Source: Clostridia bacterium
Lineage (GTDB): Bacteria; Bacillota; Clostridia; Christensenellales; CAG-1252
Direction of reading: 5' to 3'
Assembly (NCBI GenBank): GCA_017394805.1
Contig: JAFPXC010000028.1
Span: 7,917 to 71,916, forward strand
DNA: 64,000 bases
A model generated the notes under the pieces. That model ran no database searches, was not told the DNA's origin, and saw only the letters and a program-made list of their open reading frames with translations. The position numbers and the translations under genes were made by a program. Shown here one piece after another: positions 56,001-62,000 of this stretch (position 1 is the first letter of the stretch; the number at the start of each line of letters is the position of its first letter).

Positions 56001-59000
56001 GGCGGGCAGATTGGTGACTGCGGCACCCGCGTGCTTGACGTAGATGGTGGAGGACGCCGTGACTTCGGTGAGATGGTCGGCCAAAGGCTTGGTGGCCGCG
56101 TCGTCAAGGAAGAGGTCGTAGTGACGGTAGACCTTCTCGGCATAGACCTGCCACTTGGCCTGCAACTCCTCGGCGGTATCGTTGAGGTAGTCGCGCGAAA
56201 GCATGGCGTCGTAGGCGAAGGCCTTGATGTCGTACAGTTTGAGCTCGGTGAGGAAGGTGCCCGTGTGACCGTTGTCGTCGGTGGACACGTTCTCGATATG
56301 CAATACGACCGAGCTGTCCGAAATGTCGCGCAGCATATTGATCTCCACGTAGGCGTTGAGCCCCTCGGAGAAGGTGGTCTTGACCGCCATCAGCGCGAAG
56401 AGGTTGTTGAGGAAGTTGGGATTGAGAAGCAGGAAAATCTTGTCGTTGCCGATAGAGACGCCGTCGAACAAATTCTCAACCATACGTACGTAGTACAGTA
56501 TCTTCTCGACCGTGGTCTGCTCCTCTTCTTCTTCCTCTTGCTGGAAGCACTTGCAATCGCAACCCTCGGGGCAGAGATAGGTGCCCGTGGCCTCGTCGAA
56601 GCAACTGCCGTGCTCCATACAGGCGGGATGCGTGCAACCGCAGGACAACGCGCAGTGCGAGCAATGACAGGTGGGATCGTCCGCGCAAATGACGTTGCCG
56701 TCCGCGTCTATACAGCCGTTGTTGGCGTAGCAACGCTCGTCGTTGCAACCGCACTCGAGCACGGCGCACGAACAGCCGCAGGTAACGCCGTCGCAACGAC
56801 GGATGCCGCGGATATTGTAGCAACTGCCGTTGCGGACGCACGCGGCGTCGCGGCAACCGCAGGGCAACATACAATGCGAGCAGGTGCAACCCGCCGAGCA
56901 GAGTTTGTTGTCGTTGTGCGTGCAACCGCCGTTGGCCAAGCATTGCGGGCAGGTACAGCCGCAATCCAACCCCGTCTCGTTGTAAGATACGTTGCCGTTG
57001 CTGCTGGCGTACTCCAAGTCGCGGATGAAGCCCGTGACAAAGTCTTTGAGTATCGTGACAAAGTCGAAGTGGATATAGAACGGCGCGACGCCAAGGAGGG
57101 ACAAGTCGAGATAGAGACGCGCGTCCTCGGTGGAGCCTGCGCCGTCGAAGTAGATGACGATGGGTTTGGTGATGGCTTGGACGGTGCCGCCGACGCGTTG
57201 ACCGAAGCCCGTGACATAGATCTTGAACAAGAACTCGGACAAATCATAGTTGGCCGTGTTGAGTTTCATGGAGAAGTCAACGGTGATGGTGGTATCCGTC
57301 TTGGTGGTCATCAAGATAAGCATCTTGATGTGGTCGGCAAGCTCGTGGAGATTGCTCCACTCGGCCGAAATCTCCTCTTCGGTGGTGGGTGCGGCGAACT
57401 TACCGAGCAGGTCGGTGTTCATCGTATCGTAGTTGAGGACCAAATCCAACGCCGCGTGGAAGGTGATTTCGTTGGTGCTCCACTCGGTGTACTCGGACAA
57501 ATCCATACCCAAAACCGCGTCGGTGAAGCCCAAGTGCGTGTAACTGTACTCCTCGGCCATGTGGTAGGGGCCGCCCGTGCCGTAGACTTGGCGACCGTTG
57601 ATGACGGTGTACTCGCCGCCGTCGTCCTCGGTGCGGTACTTCTTGGGCAGGCTCAAGCCCAGCTCGATGGTGTGGAGCCTGAGGTCGAAGCCCACGAATT
57701 GCTTGTTGACGCCCGCTTCGGTAAGCTCGGCGCCGTAGAGGACTTCGCCCTCGGCGACGGACAAGGTGACCGACGTGAGAGAGGCGAAGGACGTGAGCGC
57801 GGCGTGCTCGACGTACATCAACTCGCCTTGGTAGCCCAAGCGCTCGGTGACGAGGTCGCTACCCACCTGCATGGTAATGGTGGGATAGTACGCCATAAGA
57901 TCCAACGCGCCCGAGACGCCCAACCCGTCGAAGGTGACGGTCGCCGCCCCTGCCTTGATGGACTGGAATACGTAGCGGTTGAAATAGAGACGGTTGCCCT
58001 CGACGCGATAGGCAAAAGTGCCGTCGCCCTCGGTGAGGGTGAGCGTGCGCGTCGTGACCGCGTAGGACACGGGCATCTTGCCGTCGGCGTAGATGAGGCT
58101 ACGCATCGTGTCGGTGGGTACCGCGTAGTTGGCTGCGCCCGCGGCCAACGTGACGTTGGCGGTGTAGGCGGTGCCGTCTGCGTAATTGGCGGCGATGGTC
58201 CAAACGCCCGCGGGCAGATTGGCCACGGCGTTGTCGGTGAGGGAGACCGCCGTATCCGTAACTTTGACGGTGGCGAAGTTGACGGCGTTCTTGTACAGAG
58301 CGTTGCCGTCCTTGTTTACGTCGTCGGCGGGCGTGTACTCGGACGTCTTGCCGAACGAGAGGGACAACGCGCCGTCCAAGAGGTCGATATCCACGTCCAG
58401 ATAGTCGATATCCACGGACAACTCGAAATCGGTGAGCATACCGACGGCCTTGCCGATGAAGTCGGAGGCAAGCTGAATGCCCAACTTACCTTGGCCGAAG
58501 GTGACGGCCTGCATCATGCCCAAAACACCCGCTACCGAGAAGCCCGTACCCGCCTCGGCGGTGGCGTTGGCGATAGAGGTGGGCGTGTTGGCGGCGTAGG
58601 CCGCGACGCGGTCGGGTGCCAAGCCCCAATACTCCAAGGAGCGCTCGACGGGAATGAACATAGTGGGCACGGCGAAGTTGGGGAAGATGAAGGGGTTGAC
58701 GTTGAAGTAGACCCTGTCTCCGTCGTAGTAGATGGTGAGCACCTCGGCCCAATCGCCCGCGGCGCCGATGACTTGGTCGCCGATGGTGGTGTTGTACACG
58801 AAACGCTTGATCTTGAGATAGACCTGCACGTCGGACAAGGCGAAGTTGGCAAAGTCCAAGGTCTTGAGGTTGACGCGGACTTCGGCTTGGTACTTGCCGT
58901 TCATCTCGTAGGCGGAAAGGCCCAAGTTGACGAACAGACTGCCGAGATAGGCAGAGAGGTTGTCGCCCAAGCCCAAGACCGAGCCGCCCACATTGTAGAC

Positions 59001-62000
59001 GCTGTCCAAATTGGCGATATCGTTGTCGCTGACGTTGAGGTCAAGGTCCAGAGTAAGCGCCAAATAGAGACTGTTGAGGTCGGACAAGACGTCAAGGTAG
59101 GCGCCGTCGTCTATGCGGGTGACGCCCGTGGTGTCGTCCAAGACCTTGGAAGGCTTGGTGGTGACGACGCCCGTCGTCTCGTCCACGACTACGGTGTCGG
59201 AGACCTTGTCGAGCATATTGAACGCCGACCAATCCTCGCCCTCTTTGAGCAAGGAAATGCTGTAATTGTTGAGTTTGATGCCCAAATCCAAATTGCTGAG
59301 GTCGAGGTCGAGACCGGCGGACAGGAACACGCCCTTGTAGAAGTAGCCCTCGGTGAGGACGGTAGTACCCTCGTACAAGGTGAAGGCATACTTGTCGGTG
59401 TCGATATCGGCCACGGCACCCTTGACCAAGAAGGTGAGGACGTTGCCGTCGATGCGGACGTATTCGTTGAGGTCGGAGGAAGAGACGGTGATCTCGTTGC
59501 CCGTGCGTGCGGCGCGCAAGACCAATTTGTCCGCCGCGGCAAGAGAAGCGCCGGCGGTGAAGGACAAGTTGCCGTTGACCTGTTTCAATCCGTAGGTGAA
59601 GGCCTCGTTGACCGCGTTCTCGTAGGTGGGACGATTGATCTCGACCAGCGAAGTCTGCAACTCGACGTGCGCCTCGGCGCCGCCTACGTTGTAGAAGCCG
59701 AAGTTGAGACCGAGCAACTCGTCCAAGACCATGAGGAAGTCGCCGCCCATGGTGACGCCCGCGTAGTCCTTGGTGAGACGGATGCTGTTGATGATGGACG
59801 TGACGCTGCCCACGATATTCTCGGCACCCGAGAAGTTGAGGTAGAACTTGCCGCCGACCTTGGTGACGATGGCAAGACTGCCGCCCGAAGTGGTGAGAGT
59901 GACCGTGTAGTACACGCCGCCCGCATCCTCGTTGAGCGCGCGCACGCGTTCATTATTAAGAAGCATGATGGACGTGACGCCGTCGGCGGTGGTAATGTCG
60001 AAGTACTCGCCCCACGCCTCGGCGTCGTTGAGGACGATGCGCGTGGGCACGCTACCCGCTTCGCCCCATACGTTCATATTCTCGATGACGATGGATTGAA
60101 TGGCTCTGCCCTTGAGGTCCACCTTGAACGGCATATTGGGCTTGGCCTCGGAAGGCTCGAGATAGAAGTTCATTCTGCCCGAAGTGACGCTCTGCGGCTT
60201 GGGATTGGACGCGCTCGTAGACAGCTCGGCCGCCTGTTGATTGTCGGCGGCGGAAGCGATACGACCGTCGCCCACCAAGGACAAGACGTCCACCTTGACC
60301 GAAGGCGTGGCCGCGAAGATACCGAAGTCAACGTAGAGCCAACCGTCCTCTAAGTAGGCGGACACGATCAACTCGTCGTAGGTGGTGCCGGCGACCGTGG
60401 TCTTCTTGACGATTTCGACGAGCAACTTGCTACGCTTGATGACGTTGGAAATATTGACGTTGGCAATGCCGTTCTCGAAGATGGAGGCAAGGCTGACGTT
60501 GGCCATAAGGTTGAGCTCGAAGACGTCGTTGGTCTCGGCGGTGAGCAACTTGAAGTCCACGTTTTCGCCGACTATCGTGCTGATGATGCCCGACAGATCC
60601 CAAGAACCGTCCTGAATGGCCTTGATGTCCAACTCACCCGCGAGAGAAATGGCGATATTATCCTCGAACGTGAGCCGCTTGAAGTAGGGCAAAGCCGCGG
60701 CGACTTCGTCGTCCAAGGTGATGATTTCCTTGGACAGTTTGACGCCGACGTTGCCGATATTGATGCGAATGAAGGGACCTTGTTGGGTAACGGCGGAACC
60801 GTCGTCCAAGCCTGCCTGCAAGCTGACGCCCAAGCCGTCGAAGGCACTCATACGAATGCCGACCGAAAGGACGCTGACGCCCTTCATCGCGTCGAGATCC
60901 AAGGTGAAGCCGAGGCTGTTGATGACGGCGGCGACCAACGAGGCGTTGACGTAGACCTCGAAGCCTTTTTCGTGCGACAAGCGCACGGTGTCGATAGCGC
61001 CCAGAATCGCCTTGATGGTATAGCCCGAATCCGAGAACAACTTCTTGGAATCCTCGGCGGCGGCGCAAGACTTATCCGTGCAATAGGGGCACGAATCGTA
61101 GCAACTGCCGCGCTTGACGCAGGTGGGATCGTAGCAACCGCAACGCAAAGCGTTGGCCTTGTTGCCCTCGGGACGGTGGCAGGCGGCGCTGTCCGTGCAA
61201 TAGGGACAGCCGTACACGCAACTGCCGCGCGCTATGCAGGCCTTTTGCTCGCAACCGCAGGGAAGTACGGTAACGACGGGCGCATCACCGCCGGGGGCGG
61301 GCGCTACCTCGTCGTGACAATGGCAAGCGCATTCGGCGCCGCAAAGCAAACGACCGTCGCGGTCGCGGCAAGTGACCAAGTTGCCCTCGCCGTCCACGTA
61401 GGTACCGGCGGCTACGCATTGGTCGCAAGAGCAACCGCACACCAAGCGAGCGCAAGAGCAACCGCAATCCTCGCCGTCGCAAATGCGCGTGCCGTCGGCG
61501 GCGTAGCAACTGCCGTTGGCATTGCACAATACGTTGCCGCAACCGCAAGGCAAAGTCTCCTTGCTGAAGAGACTGTTGAGGTCAAGGCCGACGTACTTGA
61601 TTTGATGGATATTCATAACGGGCAAATCCACGTAGACGGTGGGGCCTTCGGCGGCCAAGCCGTCGTAGTAGATATAGCCCAAACGGCGCTGTACCGTGCC
61701 GTTGGTGGCACCGCCTTCGGTGACGGTGAGGAAGACCTGCGACGTGTTGATATTGTCGAGGTCTACGCTGCCCTTGACGTCCAAAGTGAACACCATATCG
61801 GGCTTGAAGGAGACCGTGTCCATGCCGAAGACCGCATCCAGGGAGGGAAGAATGGCCCGCAAGATCTCGGTGAGGTCGAGGTGATAGGGATAGCTCTCCT
61901 GCTGTACGCCCTCGACGACGAAGGTGCCTGCGGACTCCACGATCTCCACGCTGACGCTGAAGGTGATGCGCTTGAAGCCGGACAGCGATTGATAGTCGGA

